This document shows, one piece after another, positions 24,600-37,094 of a stretch of 64,000 nucleotides of DNA. Below the pieces are notes generated by a model, which made no database searches, was not told the DNA's origin, and worked only from the letters and a program-made list of their open reading frames with translations. Source of the stretch: Ostrea edulis (taxonomy: Eukaryota); assembly GCF_947568905.1 (NCBI RefSeq), contig NC_079172.1, forward strand, positions 38,998,001 through 39,062,000, in the 5' to 3' direction. Numbering within the stretch: the stretch's first letter is position 1; the number at the start of each line of letters is the position of its first letter. Made by a program: the position numbers and the translations under genes.

Positions 24600-25230
24600 A
24601 ACTTCAGCTGTAATTTGCCTCTCTGAAATTATACACTGCAATTTTCAAAGGAATCCTTGCTTGCATAACAGAAAAAAGTCTGGAAAACCAATATGGGACA
24701 GACTGACTAACAGACATAGGGATGGACAGAAAATTTTAGGAAAAAACTTTAGTCCCTTTAATTAAGTTTTATAAACAATTAGGGGACTAATAATTATATG
24801 TCGCTTATGCACAATAACCAGGTCCTATAAAATAAAAGCGATATGACGAATTCAAATCCATATTTCCAATGTCCAAGAACTAAATGAACCGGAACAAAAT
24901 TCATACATTGGTCTGTAACTTTTCATGGTAAAGCAATGTACCAAATATCAATTGAATGAATATCTGCAAGAATGACAAAGAAATCAGAGGAACACAGAGA
25001 ATTTGCATTAATCTTCGAAGTCAAAGGGCCCTCGCTCAACAAACTATAAATGCACCAGAACAAAATTTGAACTCAATCTGTAATTTGTCATGATAGAGTA
25101 ATGTACTAAATATAAAATGAATATCTGCAAGCATGATGGAAAAAAGTGCAGAAAACTGATTTCCAGGACTGACGGATGAACAGACAAAGTGCAAAGCTAA
25201 AGTTACCTCTGGCTCCGCTGGTAGGAGATT
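24600..25230 (+). mobile_element. Two adjacent HINE-like 3' fragments
   Basis: GACAGAC(T/G)GAC microsatellites followed by terminal hairpins (TAGTCCCCT…AGGGGACTA ending ~24789; second degenerate end ~25230). Confidence 0.45.
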
Positions 25231-25335
25231 AAAAAGTGAATGCATTTAAAATTCTCTTAGAGGACCATAGAGGCTTTCGATTATTTATACATTTATAATA
25301 GAGATTCAGATTGAAAGCTCTGTATTTCAGTTATT

Positions 25336-26327
25336 TCCCTCTCCTGTTATCAGCTTAAGTAATTCCTGTCCCATCTCTTCCCTAAAACTAAGTAATTCCT
25401 GCCCCATCTCCTCCCTAAAACTAAGTAATTCCTGTCCCATCTCCTCCCTAAAACTAAGTAATTCCTACCCCCATCTCCTCCCTAAAACTAAATAATCCCT
25501 GTCTCATCTCCTCCTTAAGACTAACTAAATAATTCCTGCCCCCATCTCCTCCCTAAGCCTAACTAAATAATTCCTGCCCCATCTCCTCCTTTAGCCTAAC
25601 TAAATAATTCCTGCCCCATCTCCTCCATTAAACTAAGTTATTTCTTCCCCCATCTCCTCCCTAAAACTAAGTAATTCCGGTCCCATCTCCATAAAACTAA
25701 GTAATACCTACCCCATCTCCTCCTTAAGACTAACTAAATAACTTGTGCCCCCATCTCCTCCTTAAGACTAACTAAATAATTCCTGCCTCCATCTCCTCCT
25801 AAAACTAAGTAATCCCTGTCCCATCTCCTTTGTAAACATTTCTGCCCCATCTCCTCCCTAAAACTAAGTAATTCCTGTCCCATCTCCTCCGTAAAACTAA
25901 GTAATTTCTGCCCCCATCTCCTTCCTAAAACTAAGTAATCCCTGCCCCATCTCATCCCTAAAACTAAGTAATTCCTGAACCCCATCTCCTCCCTAAAACT
26001 AAGTAATTCCTGTCCCATCTCCTCCCTCAAACTAAGTAATTCCTAAACCCTATCTCCTCCCTAAAACTAAGTAATCCCTTCCCCATCTCCTCCCTAAAAC
26101 TAAGTAATTCCTGAACCCCGTCTCCTCCCTAAAACTAAGTAATTCCTGTCCCATCTCCTCCCTAAAACTAAGTAATTCCTGCCCTATCTCCTCCCTAAAA
26201 CTAAGTAGTTCCTGCCCTATCTCCTCCCTAAAACTAAGTAATTCCTGCCCCATCTCCTCCCTAAAACTAAGTAATTCCTGTCCCATCTCCTCCCTAAAAC
26301 TAAGTAATTCCTGTCCCATCTCCTCCT
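25336..26327. repeat. 33-bp minisatellite
   Basis: CCCATCTCCTCCCTAAAACTAAGTAATTCCTG(T/C); produces the EEMGQELLSFR pseudo-ORFs. Confidence 0.97.
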
Positions 26328-26595
26328 GAATACCTTGTTTAGAATAGCACACTTCACCACACTGCTCTCAAACTACAGGTGTGATTACAGATGGGTGTCA
26401 TGTGATTGGCATTACTATCCAGGGTAAACTATAAAATTAGACCTTTTGTGAAAATCATGAGTGGCCTATGGCATTATGCAGGGTTGACATTATAACAGGG
26501 GTGTTAACATGGGGAGAAATCTGGTCTTTAGGATTTTCAGGCAATAAGCGGAGGTGGCATTATAAGGGGGTGGAAGAGATATATCGAGGGAGTAC

Positions 26596-27445
26596 TGTAT
26601 GCTCCCCATAGTGCAAAATTGAGAAGCCAGATTATACACATGCATCATTTAATTGATAGTGGTGCTAAAACAAATCAAGATATTGAGCAAACAATATCTT
26701 TTTACCCCCAGAGTGGATTGACCCTCGGCCTATGACCATGTGACCTTAAAATCAATAGGGGTCATCTACTCCTTAGGATGCACCAGTGTACCATTCAATG
26801 TCTGTCTTAAACAAATGGTTCTCAAAATACTGAACAGACAGTATATTGCTATGCCCAGTTTGACCCATGACCTTTGACTTTATAATCAATACCAGTCATC
26901 TACTCCTTTGGTGAACCAGTGTACCAAGTTTAATGTCTATCTAGCAAAGGGTTTTCAAGATATGATACAGACAGTATTTTCCTGCAGTATGTCCAATTTG
27001 ACCTTTGACCACAAAATCAATAGGGGTCATCTAGTCCTTATGGTGCACCTGTACTAAGTTTGATGTCTATCTTGCAAAGGGTTCTCAAGATATTGCATGG
27101 ACATTATTTGCCTATGTCCGGTTTGACCCTTGACCTTAGACCATGTGACCTAAAAATCAATAGGGGTCATCTACTCCTTAGGGTGTACCAGTGTACCAAG
27201 TTTGATGTCTGTTAAGGAAAGGGTTCTCAAGATATTGAGCAGACAGTAACTTCTTATGTCCAGAGTGGATTCACCCTTGACCCTTTGACCTGAAAATCAA
27301 TAGGGGTCATTTTCTACTCATAACCAACTACACATGAAATATCATTACAATTTAGTGAATGGTTCTCAAGGTATTCAGTGCACAACATGGGGTCTACCAA
27401 ATGACGGGTGCAAAGCAATATGCCCATCTTCTTTAAAAGGGGGGA
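26596..27445 (+). mobile_element. HINE-like element with ~120-bp core repeats
   Basis: Repeated AAATCAATAGGGGTCATCTACTCCTTAGG…GTGTACCAAGTTTGATGTC…CTCAAGATATTG units. The 5' part is shared with 51941-52092. Confidence 0.65.
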
Positions 27446-30155
27446 GCAGGCATACAAATTCTATTACTGCACACATATTAAGCCCGTTCAACATTGAATA
27501 GTTTGTTTACAGAAAGACAATGTCTTATTATAATGTACTTATTTGAAACGGCAGGCACCTGAAATTGTGCAATGAGTGAATATTTGCTTAAACCATAGCA
27601 AAAATATTATTCAATTAAAAAAAAAAGAAGGAAAAAAAAAGGATGAAGAATAATTGTGTAATAAAAATTTGCAGGGGTGTAATTTTCAATTCATAATTAT
27701 AGTTACAAAGTGAAAGTTATATCAAATCACATCTATATATAAACCGCTCACCACCATATGTTATACAGAATAGGTTCAACAATACCGATAGCCAGGATAT
27801 AGACATATAACACACCATTATATTCTATAGACCACTCCATGTTTTAGATACAGGCAGGGCAACGTTTTACAAAATGTCGTAAATCGAACTTACGGTATAT
27901 CGAAAGGCCGTTTTACAAAACGTATCGTAGGCTCCGTAATTTCTCTGCACGTTGAAACTCTCGAATTGTAACTCTTCAGTGCATGAAGGTGTGAAAATGA
28001 CTCTAAGTACCGCGCAAAACTCAACGAAATAAAACCTTTAATAGATGCACACTCGGTGCCACCATATTTAATTACCTAATTATATATGCGTGTCAAAGGT
28101 CATAGGGGGAAAAACGACGTAATCATGGATGCAGCCTTTTGACAAATCAACGATGTATTGCTTTTTTCCCCAAAGTTTATAATGATTTATCCCTATATTA
28201 TGATACAATTTGTTTACATAATAGGTAAAGAGGACCAAAAGTTTACTTTAGCATATCTTCTATGGAAAAGTTCCTTTCTAGAATTTCTAAGAGAAACTAT
28301 TTATTGGCACTAATGTTGCTTTTCATACCCATGTTTGAAGATTCGATTTCATAATAAAACAATAATTTTTACACTTAAAAATCTTAATTCTGAATTGCAC
28401 TAAAATGTAAATTTCGATAATACCCCTCTACCGACTACTGGACCCATTGTATTGTGATGTTTTTAGGGGGAGGGGGTATTTAATTATTATTAATGGTAAT
28501 TTAACAAAGAGAATAGATTTATATATAATGCATTACAACAAATCACGGCAGTATTATCCAGGCACATCGTAGCATCCCTCTTCAAGGGAGGGGGGTGGGT
28601 GGGGGGGGGGGGGGTGGGTGGGGGGTGGGGATTACAAAATATAAATATTGACAACTACTACGATCTATACAAATAATATTTTTTAAAAGAAAATTTCACA
28701 AAAAAAAGGGGGCGAGATTATATGCACGACCACCGACGACAAATTTTGAAAAACACTTGTAGTCTACATAGTTAGTGAAAGTCAGGAATAATTCAGGGCT
28801 TTTCCAACCAACCCCCTTCTCTCCTTACACTCGTCAAATACACCCCCATCTCCTTACAATAATACAAACCCTCCTTTCTTAGAATCGTCTATTAACCCCC
28901 CCCCCCTCCTTTTCCTTACACTCGTCTTATACACCCCTTTCTCTTTACACTCGTAAAGAGAAGGCGGTGGTTTAAATCAGACTGCTGAAAATGGATTGAC
29001 TAACAGTTGGGTATTGGGTGGTGACCCACCACCTAAATTGCTGGTTTATAATTAGTATCCTTATTATTTGCAACAAAGTGTCTAGCTTTAATACATAGGC
29101 CTACATATGTTATTACATAGAGAAGTGAACTTTGAACTGGTTATTTGTCAAAGTTAGAGATAAATTAAATAATTGTGTAGACATCTCGTTTGATATTTTT
29201 TAAATTGTCAGAAGCTTATAAGATTTAAAATCATACAAATTAAATATATATCTAACTCTGTCTCACGGGCAAGTAGAAGAAATTTATAATTGGGAAAAGA
29301 ATATCGTGCGGCCGGATAGGAGCTCTAATTATAATTATTGGCACGACAGTCATGCTGATAGACACTTAAAAAACAAAACTCTTAAAACTTACTTCAATCC
29401 AAACTTCAAAATCCTTAATTGTGTGAGGGGTGACTTAATTCATAGATTCAAACTTAATTACTACTCAGTACTGCATACCACATAAGAGAGAGAGAAAAGG
29501 GGGGGGGGGTAAGCTGATAAATCTAAAAAATCAAACGACTTTGTCATTTTAAAACAAAAAAGACACATTGTCAATAAAATTATTGAACTGTTATCACTTC
29601 TCTATGCAGTGTACTACTTCACTGGGTTAATTTTAGAGAGCTATTTAATTCGATAGAAAACATCGCAAGTGAAAGTAGCGAGCGCGAGCAGACATAAACA
29701 ACCTATACTTCACCAGCTCAAGTTAAACAAATGTGAAAGAAACATTCTAATCTGCAACTCTTAGTGGTAACTTTAAATTGTATTTTTTACGAATGTTATA
29801 TCTTTATCATCTTACATGCTTAAACAAACTATGTCTCACCAGTAAAATGTTGGTGAGCAGCCGTCGTCGTTCGCCGTTTCACATTGACAAAGGACCCGGA
29901 TGTAAGATTTTTTCCCCTATGACCTTTTGACCCAGCATGACGTTAGAGTATTTTGAGTATTGTATGATTTCATGCGACAATCAAAATTGGGAGGAAGAAA
30001 AAAAAAAAGCTAGTTAAGGCTTGAGTTTAAATACGGCACATTACTCCAAAAGTGGAAGGATCTATCAGTGCTCACCAAGCAGGCGTTTTGGTAGACGATT
30101 TATTTCCTTAGGAAGACGGACGGATGGAAATTGTGACGTTTCCGAACGATCTCCT

Positions 30156-30157
<2 letters not shown>

Positions 30158-30203
<46 letters not shown>
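30158..30203. repeat. (GA)n microsatellite
   Basis: Direct reading. Others: (AT)n 117-152, (GA)-rich 41128-41288, (CA)/(TA) 41670-41720, (GA) 41813-41835, (AT)n 47265-47312, (CT)n 63958-64000. Confidence 0.95.
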
Positions 30204-30207
<4 letters not shown>

Positions 30208-30327
30208 GGATTAAATAAGATAAGTCTGATAAAGTCATTCATGTTTTATTACGAAAACGATATAAGAAAAACTTCGCCGATGATGAAAAGTACGTCCACG
30301 GAATTAACTTTGAATATTGTAGATCTA

Positions 30328-30619
30328 CAGTATGGTGTCATAAATGAGTCAACTTTTATCTATTTGACTATATAATTCATTGGAGACAACCACTTTTCTA
30401 AATCATTTTCATAAACTTATCAAGATTAATTCATAATTTATACAATAACTTTTATACCATTAACAACACTGCACTGCAGTTTATGGTGTTTTGTAGTAAT
30501 TATTTTCGATTTCAAAAAAGTTGTAGCAAAAATAAGTTTAGAATGATTGTTCAAACCAAAGATATTTTTCAATGAAAAGCACAAAACGTGAAAGTTGACT
30601 CAATTATGGCACTACGCTG
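30328..30619. mobile_element. Short TA-flanked MITE
   Basis: TA|CAGTATGGTGTCATAAATGAGTCAACTTT … AAAGTTGACTCAATTATGGCACTACGCTG|TA (imperfect ~29-bp TIR). Confidence 0.7.
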
Positions 30620-30861
30620 TATAATCCGACTTAACTCACTAAGAGTTAAGTCCTGTTATTGAAATGAACGGAACAAGTATTTGTTGTTCAGGCAAAGAAA
30701 CATAACTCTTGCAATCAATTGAATTGCACGGTTTTGACACTATCTTTGGCACGCGCGAATCACATTAATTAGATAAACCTACTTTAACGGAGATAAACTA
30801 ACTTTATCGACCGTTAATCCTAGTTTTTCAATTTGATAAATTAACTTTATTGTCGTTAGTT

Positions 30862-30955
30862 CGAATTAACGACCGTTAATTCAAATTAACAACCGTTAAT
30901 TCAAATTAACGACCGTTAATTCAAATTAACGATCGTTAATTCGAAATAACGATCG
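30862..30955. repeat. 20-bp near-palindromic tandem repeat
   Basis: AATTAACGACCGTTAATTCA, 4-5 copies. Confidence 0.85.
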
Positions 30956-31269
30956 ATAATACAAGTTGTTGGTCGTTAAACCAATGAAAGTGCTTGTTGG
31001 GGGGGGGGGGGGGTATTAAAGGTTGTAGAAATGAAATGTTACGAATTGTCTAACTCAATTTTTTTTTAATTTGCAAATTCTGTAAAACCTGACCGGAAGA
31101 CAAACACAGCCCTGGTCTGCTTAGTCACAAGTAATTATTAAGAGTGGACTAAAATAGGAAGACCATGCACACAAGTTGCAACACTTCTACTTTTATTGCA
31201 TGGGATATATTGTAAAGTTAGGAATGATGTGGCATATTTATAATTGTCAAGAACTAGTTTCAGTTTTAA

Positions 31270-31864
31270 ACATTTCGAGTAAGTTACTGTCCAGAAACCA
31301 TATTTGTCTGAAGTTTTCAATTTATTTTCGGTCACTGTGACCTTGACCTTTGACCTTTTTTCCTCCAAAATCGATAGGGGCCTTGCTTTGCTGATATCCA
31401 ACAATATATCCAAGTTTCATTTGATTCAAATTAAAAAATTTCGAGTTATCCTCCGGAAACCAAATTTTGTGGAAATTTTAAATATATTTTCGGCCACTGT
31501 GACCTTGACCTTTGACCTACTTTCTCCAAAATCAATAGGGGTCTTCCTTACCTGGTACATAACAATATCTTTAAGTATCATTTGATTCGGATGTAAACTT
31601 TCTGAGTTATCATCCGGAAACCAATTATTTCTGAAATTTTCATTCTATTTTCGGTCACTATGACCTTGACCTTTGACCATTTTTCTCCAAAATCAATAGG
31701 GGTCTTCCTTACCTGGTACTTAACAATATATCAAAGTTTCATTTGATTATATTGTAAACTTTTCGAGTTATCATCCGGAAACCAATTGTTGACGCCCAAC
31801 CTCCCGCCCACTCGCATCACCAAACCAATAGCCGAGTTCAACTTTGTTGCAACTCGGCTAAAAA
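31270..31864 (+). mobile_element. HINE-like element with a ~160-bp satellite core (3 units)
   Basis: GTGACCTTGACCTTTGACC…CTCCAAAATCAATAGGGG…CCGGAAACCAA x3, terminal hairpin TAGCCGAGTT…AACTCGGCTA followed by AAAA. Confidence 0.7.
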
Positions 31865-34339
31865 CACATGTAATATTGTACTGATACGCTGTAGATCTTA
31901 AAGTAACAAATAACTTGATTGTATACAAAATGATGATGAATCGTTTTCATTTATTCTTTAAATTAAAAACTCTTGTAAATGACTACATGTAGTAATAACT
32001 CTATGCAGTACACTGGAATTATTCTCTTATATACTTTACAGCAAACAAAATACGGAGAGAAAAATCTGTCAATTTTCTGTCTCGCCATTTTTCAGCCATA
32101 TTGAATTTTTTTCGGTGCATTTACCAACACATGTTCTGTACATGATTTAGGTGGCGTGCAATAAAAAAAAAATGTACACGTTTGCACTTGATCACGGAAA
32201 AGTGAACACTTTATGTGGTTATTGAAGACAAATCAAGCGCGCCCAATTTTTATCTTCTGTTATGGTTCGGATTTTCTAATTTTGTTCTCAATAGGCCCCT
32301 TAGTTGATGATCAAATCTAATGAATCAAACGTAAGAATTAAAGCTCGATAAATTTATTTCATATGAATGAGAACGTTAGCCATTGAAAACTTAGGCAGAA
32401 TATTCTTTATTCAAAGTTTTCTTATATCCATTTGACTGCCTTCGTTCGTCAGATACCCAGTATCCGACGATGTTTGACTGCCAAACATAGTTTCCGACAG
32501 GAGTTCCTGCGTACTGCGGTAGATTTTCTGGCCACGTACAGCTGATTTTCCGATCATCGTCTCACGCCCCATGATGACTATATATCTAAAAACAGCTTAG
32601 AAAGTTTTATTCTGTTTAAATCAGTTTTTCTGAACCGCACACCAGAATTCTCTGCCTACCAAAGTTGTATGTGTGACTCGTCTATAACGCATGGCCTACA
32701 AAAACAGGACATCGTATTTCCGAGAGTTCCTTCAATAACTGGGCTAGACGAAGAATATTTTCTTCCTCTGCATCCCAATTCCAACCATTATACACAAGAA
32801 AGAGCCCTTATAACGGCTATTTTCTCTTCCGATTAGTTGAACTTTGTGCCATGTTTCGATGGGAAAATTACGCTTATAAATTTTCAACTGAGTGTAAACA
32901 AGATTTCTTTCATAATGTACAATGAATTTACTCATAATTAATATGTTTAGAATAAAATCGATGTCCGTGTAAAATGTATTCAACAATCCGTGATAATTAT
33001 TATATCAATTGTACCCATTCCTATTTTCTCTTCCGATTAGTTGAGCTTTGTGCCATGTTGTATGTGTGACTCGTCTATAACGCATGGCCTACAAAAACAG
33101 GACATCGTATTCCTTCTATATTCTTCCTCTATATTCTATCCTATATTCTTCCTTCTATATTCTATTATAATTTATGTAATTGTACGCAAAATTTACTACT
33201 ATTATTGTGTGACTATCTCTACTTGAAAAAACCAAAACCGTTTCCCTATCGAGCAGGTTTACGCGGTAAGCATCAAAAGATTGCACGGACGCCTCGATCG
33301 CCAAATCAGATAGATAAGGTATACACAAAGACTAGTAACCAAATGTCCATCAATTTCTAGCATCCAATCTGAAGCTTAATTTTTCCTGATTGACATGGGT
33401 TCACAGACCAGGTAAATTTGAAGGCGGTACTGATTTTCTCGGTCTTTAAATTTAGGTAACACTGACCATATATGACGCCTTTCTGAACAATTCAAACACT
33501 GCAACAGCGTCTGTCCTCCTTAAGTACGCTGCAGTGCGTGACAGATTCCTATCATGATTTAAATAGCCACAGCCTTCCCGTCCCCTCATGTTGAACAGAA
33601 CATGGTTGTTGCTATAAGCAATTATCTTTCCCCATGGTGCACTCCAACAGCAAATGTATTTTTAATATAACAATTAACTTTCTTCATCATATGGAATAGT
33701 ATTAAGAAATTCTTAAAACTCTAACAGATATTTCTTTTGGGGTTTCATTATTCAAATAATTGTTATTATATCGCCATTTAGAATTTATATATTATATATA
33801 CCTCTATGTTTTTATCTTTTATGCCATTTTAATTAATTGCTGTGATCAAAAGAAAACAGATAATTATTATTTTGATATCTCCTTATCAAAATTAAAATCT
33901 CGAACTCTTTTATTTTATTTTTACAAGTAAATTGTACTCCAAAATGAATATTTTGGGTGAATTTCCATTATTTTTTTTTTATTGTTGTACCTGGAAGTGA
34001 ATATTGTTTGACTCTCGAACATTTTCGGTGTTCGACTACATGCCATATTGCTTGTCTTACATTGTATTATAATAAATAAATTTATCTCATCTGTATCCAA
34101 AAACTAAAGAAATCTAATCTAAAGAATAAACAATTTATTCAAATAAGTTCGTATTATCAATTGTATTTTCCCTGTTTTAAAAATTGATAGGTAAGGTAAT
34201 TCTGCGATAGCCATTTGCGATACTAATTAGTATCTCACAAGAGCTTACAGGAGTCAGAACGACTTACGAAGGTGATCGGCGGGTAAAAAACAAATGATTT
34301 TAGATAAATTATTGGTTCTATACTTTTTCATTGGCTCTA

Positions 34340-35370
34340 GATCGAGGGGGTTGGGGGGTACCGACAGTTCGGGTCCGCGAAGTTTCAAGTGTGCGACCGT
34401 TCGGCACCTGATGCGACGTTTCGGGAGTTCGGTGACGACCGTTTGTAAGTTGATTATTGAAAATATTAAAAAAGTAAGAGTTCACGTACTTAGAGGGGTG
34501 CACGACGGTTCGGGAGTTGCCATATGTCGCGCACCCGAACTGTTGATAGGTCTATATTCACTTAAAGTAACGAAATGCATAAATATATTCATTTTGGTTG
34601 TGGTATAATACGTTTTCTCATTCAATGCATCAGAGGGATTTCGTGCTTTGAAAGTTGCCGACATAATAGGATAAATGTTTACCGTTATCAGCAGACAGTA
34701 TCCGTAATCTTTGCAAAAATGCTTATACATGTGTATTATCAGCATGTAAATGTGAATATCAGCAAACAACTGAAGTTTTGTTTCCTTCATTCAAGCAGTC
34801 TACTAAAAAAATACTTTTTGGGACAAAATAAAGAAATGTTTAACCCTCAACACTAAAATACTGTTTCCTAGATTGTGTTTCACCTGTTATATGTTTTAGA
34901 GTTTTTACACTCAGAATTAACTCATAAATCATCCATAAAAATATCAAAATAGTACTAAAAGTAACGTTTGTCATGAATCTTGAAACAATCCTGCATTCAT
35001 TCTGAAAAATTCATAAGTGATTACGCTAAAAATCCAATTTTAATGAAGTTTTTAGGCCTAATGACGACAGGAAATACTTTTTGTTGACGCCAAACTCCCG
35101 AACTGTCGTATAATGTCTAGAACTGTCGCGCTCCCGAAACGTCGCGCACCCCTTTGAAAGGGTAATCATTGATGTTGTAAGAATTAAATTATGAGACGTA
35201 ATATAATTTAAATCATCAAAAATAAGTATACATGTAAATTTTAGAAACTGAGAAATAACACTAAATATCAAATTTATTTGCCAGCTCCCTAACTGTCGTG
35301 CCCGAAACGTCGCGCACCCGAACCATAGGCGCCAAATACGTATATAACAAGTCCCGAACCGTCGTATATG
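34340..35370. mobile_element. Foldback-like element built from inverted CpG-rich motifs
   Basis: AGGGGTGCACGACGGTTCGGGAG (34494) is inverted to CTCCCGAAACGTCGCGCACCCCT (35131-35153). More motif copies at ~34410, 34525, 35095, 35290-35320 and 35352. Confidence 0.5.
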
Positions 35371-36880
35371 TCATGCTTTTATTTGCTGAATGTTCTACAT
35401 CCCCTGCACTAAATATGTGAACTTGTAGAGTTAACGCCTGAGCAGATGTATGATGTCGGACGGCCGCGGCTGATGTCGTCATCTACTCATCAGAAGACGA
35501 GACCAGTCATGGGTATCCGACGATGGAGTAGATGGTGCCCCTCCACCACCTCAACATTATTGAGGTTTGACGGGGTATCTACTGCAAAACTTTTACAACA
35601 CACTTTTTTATGAGATTGCATAGCTTATGGCATTTAACATAAGAAATGTAGCCATGTTGACTGATTTTAATAACCATAGTAACAATGACTTTATAAAACA
35701 ACTTGAGAAAACCTAGGACAAAGGATCGCCCCTGGGTGGTCTGAGACGTACAACCGAATTTCATCTTGACCCGCGAATCCCTTTTTTTGTGTAAAACGGC
35801 CTTACATATGACATTTTGTAAAACGGGCCCTCAGCAGGGGTTAGACACACACATGGACACTTACTTCTAAGGGATCTCTGGGAGGTGGCTAAAAAGGGTT
35901 ACAAGAGATGTAAGAGAATATTAAATTCTTCGGGAGTTGATGATTAGCATAGATATATATTATTAGGCCAAACAAATATGTGTTTGTTTCCTGTTACATG
36001 TACCAATTAAAACAAAAATAATCCAGGTAGATTTTTTTGCTTCGAAAGAAGTTAGTTTATGCAACTTCAAGAAATGGACCTAAACTAAGAACTAAATAAA
36101 ACGAGTGACCACACACAAGGTGTCACTGTGTCATACCAAAAAGTGAAGAAATCGAGAGATTATACAATCAGTTCTTTAAGCCTGATAGTGTTTTGTGGTG
36201 TTGACCATAAATATCTAAGAAAGTAGGTGAGTTACTAGATGATGTGATCACTTACTGTGGGGACTGAATTCTTTGAATGATAGTTGCAGTAACTCAGGCT
36301 TTAATCTCTCATGCCACTGGGAACTGTCATTTTGTTTAATTCATATGCTGACCTGGATCAGAATTAGAGCAATTCTGATCCAGAAACAATTTCTTTCTGG
36401 ATTTTCAATCAGAAAAATTTCAGGTTGGTGGTTTCAAGTTCAGGTTGGCCAGGTAACAGGAAACAATCATATTATATTTTCTTTTCTTTTTGGCCTTAAT
36501 GAATTCATTATCTAAATTCCAATTTCAATTCTCCTATGGGATTACTACTTGCTTTAAACCACTAAGTCTTAATTAAAATTCACAATCATGTAATTATAAC
36601 TTATAATATATTCCAATGCTGTTTATATAAATTTCATGAGGACGTTTTTAGTAAAACAAAATTATAATTTGCATAAAATATCACATGGTTATATTCTATA
36701 TGCTTATATATTTTATGTTAATATAAAATACTACTAAAGTTAAGATTTGCATTGCATAAAATGTAGAACTTCAAGATGTTGGTGTCATTAAATATTGCAC
36801 AAGCCATTGTATTATGCTAATATATAGTAAGACTTCTATGTGCAGCTGAATAATAAAAAGAAGATTCAAATTGAGAATAC

Positions 36881-36961
36881 CTTTTCCGGTTCAGGGACTG
36901 GGGGTGGTGGTCGTCTCCCAGGGACAGGTGGAGGGGCGTCATCATCAGAGGAGGGTGTTGG
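36881..36961 (-). CDS. Exon PTPSSDDDAPPPVPGRRPPPPVPEPEK
   Basis: tatttttag acceptor, AAG|gtattc donor, 81 nt, phase 0/0, PxxP/PPPVP motifs. Confidence 0.85.
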
Positions 36962-37094
36962 CTAAAAATACACAGTACAGAGTTGTGTTCCTTTATCTAA
37001 TCAATGGCATACCACAATTGGTAAACTCCATTGTAAAAGCAGAAATGACATACACACTTGCACTGAATTTGAAGTATATACCGAATAGGGTAGA

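Noticed and set aside
25734-26352. ORFs with the EEMGQELLSFR repeat
   Set aside because: Translations of the 33-bp minisatellite, with frequent frame breaks and no splice context
27855-27920. Motif CGTTTTACAAAATGTC…AAGGCCGTTTTACA shared in inverted form with ~35790-35830
   Set aside because: Probably the termini of separate copies of a dispersed repeat; 8 kb apart with no shared TSD, so not called as one element
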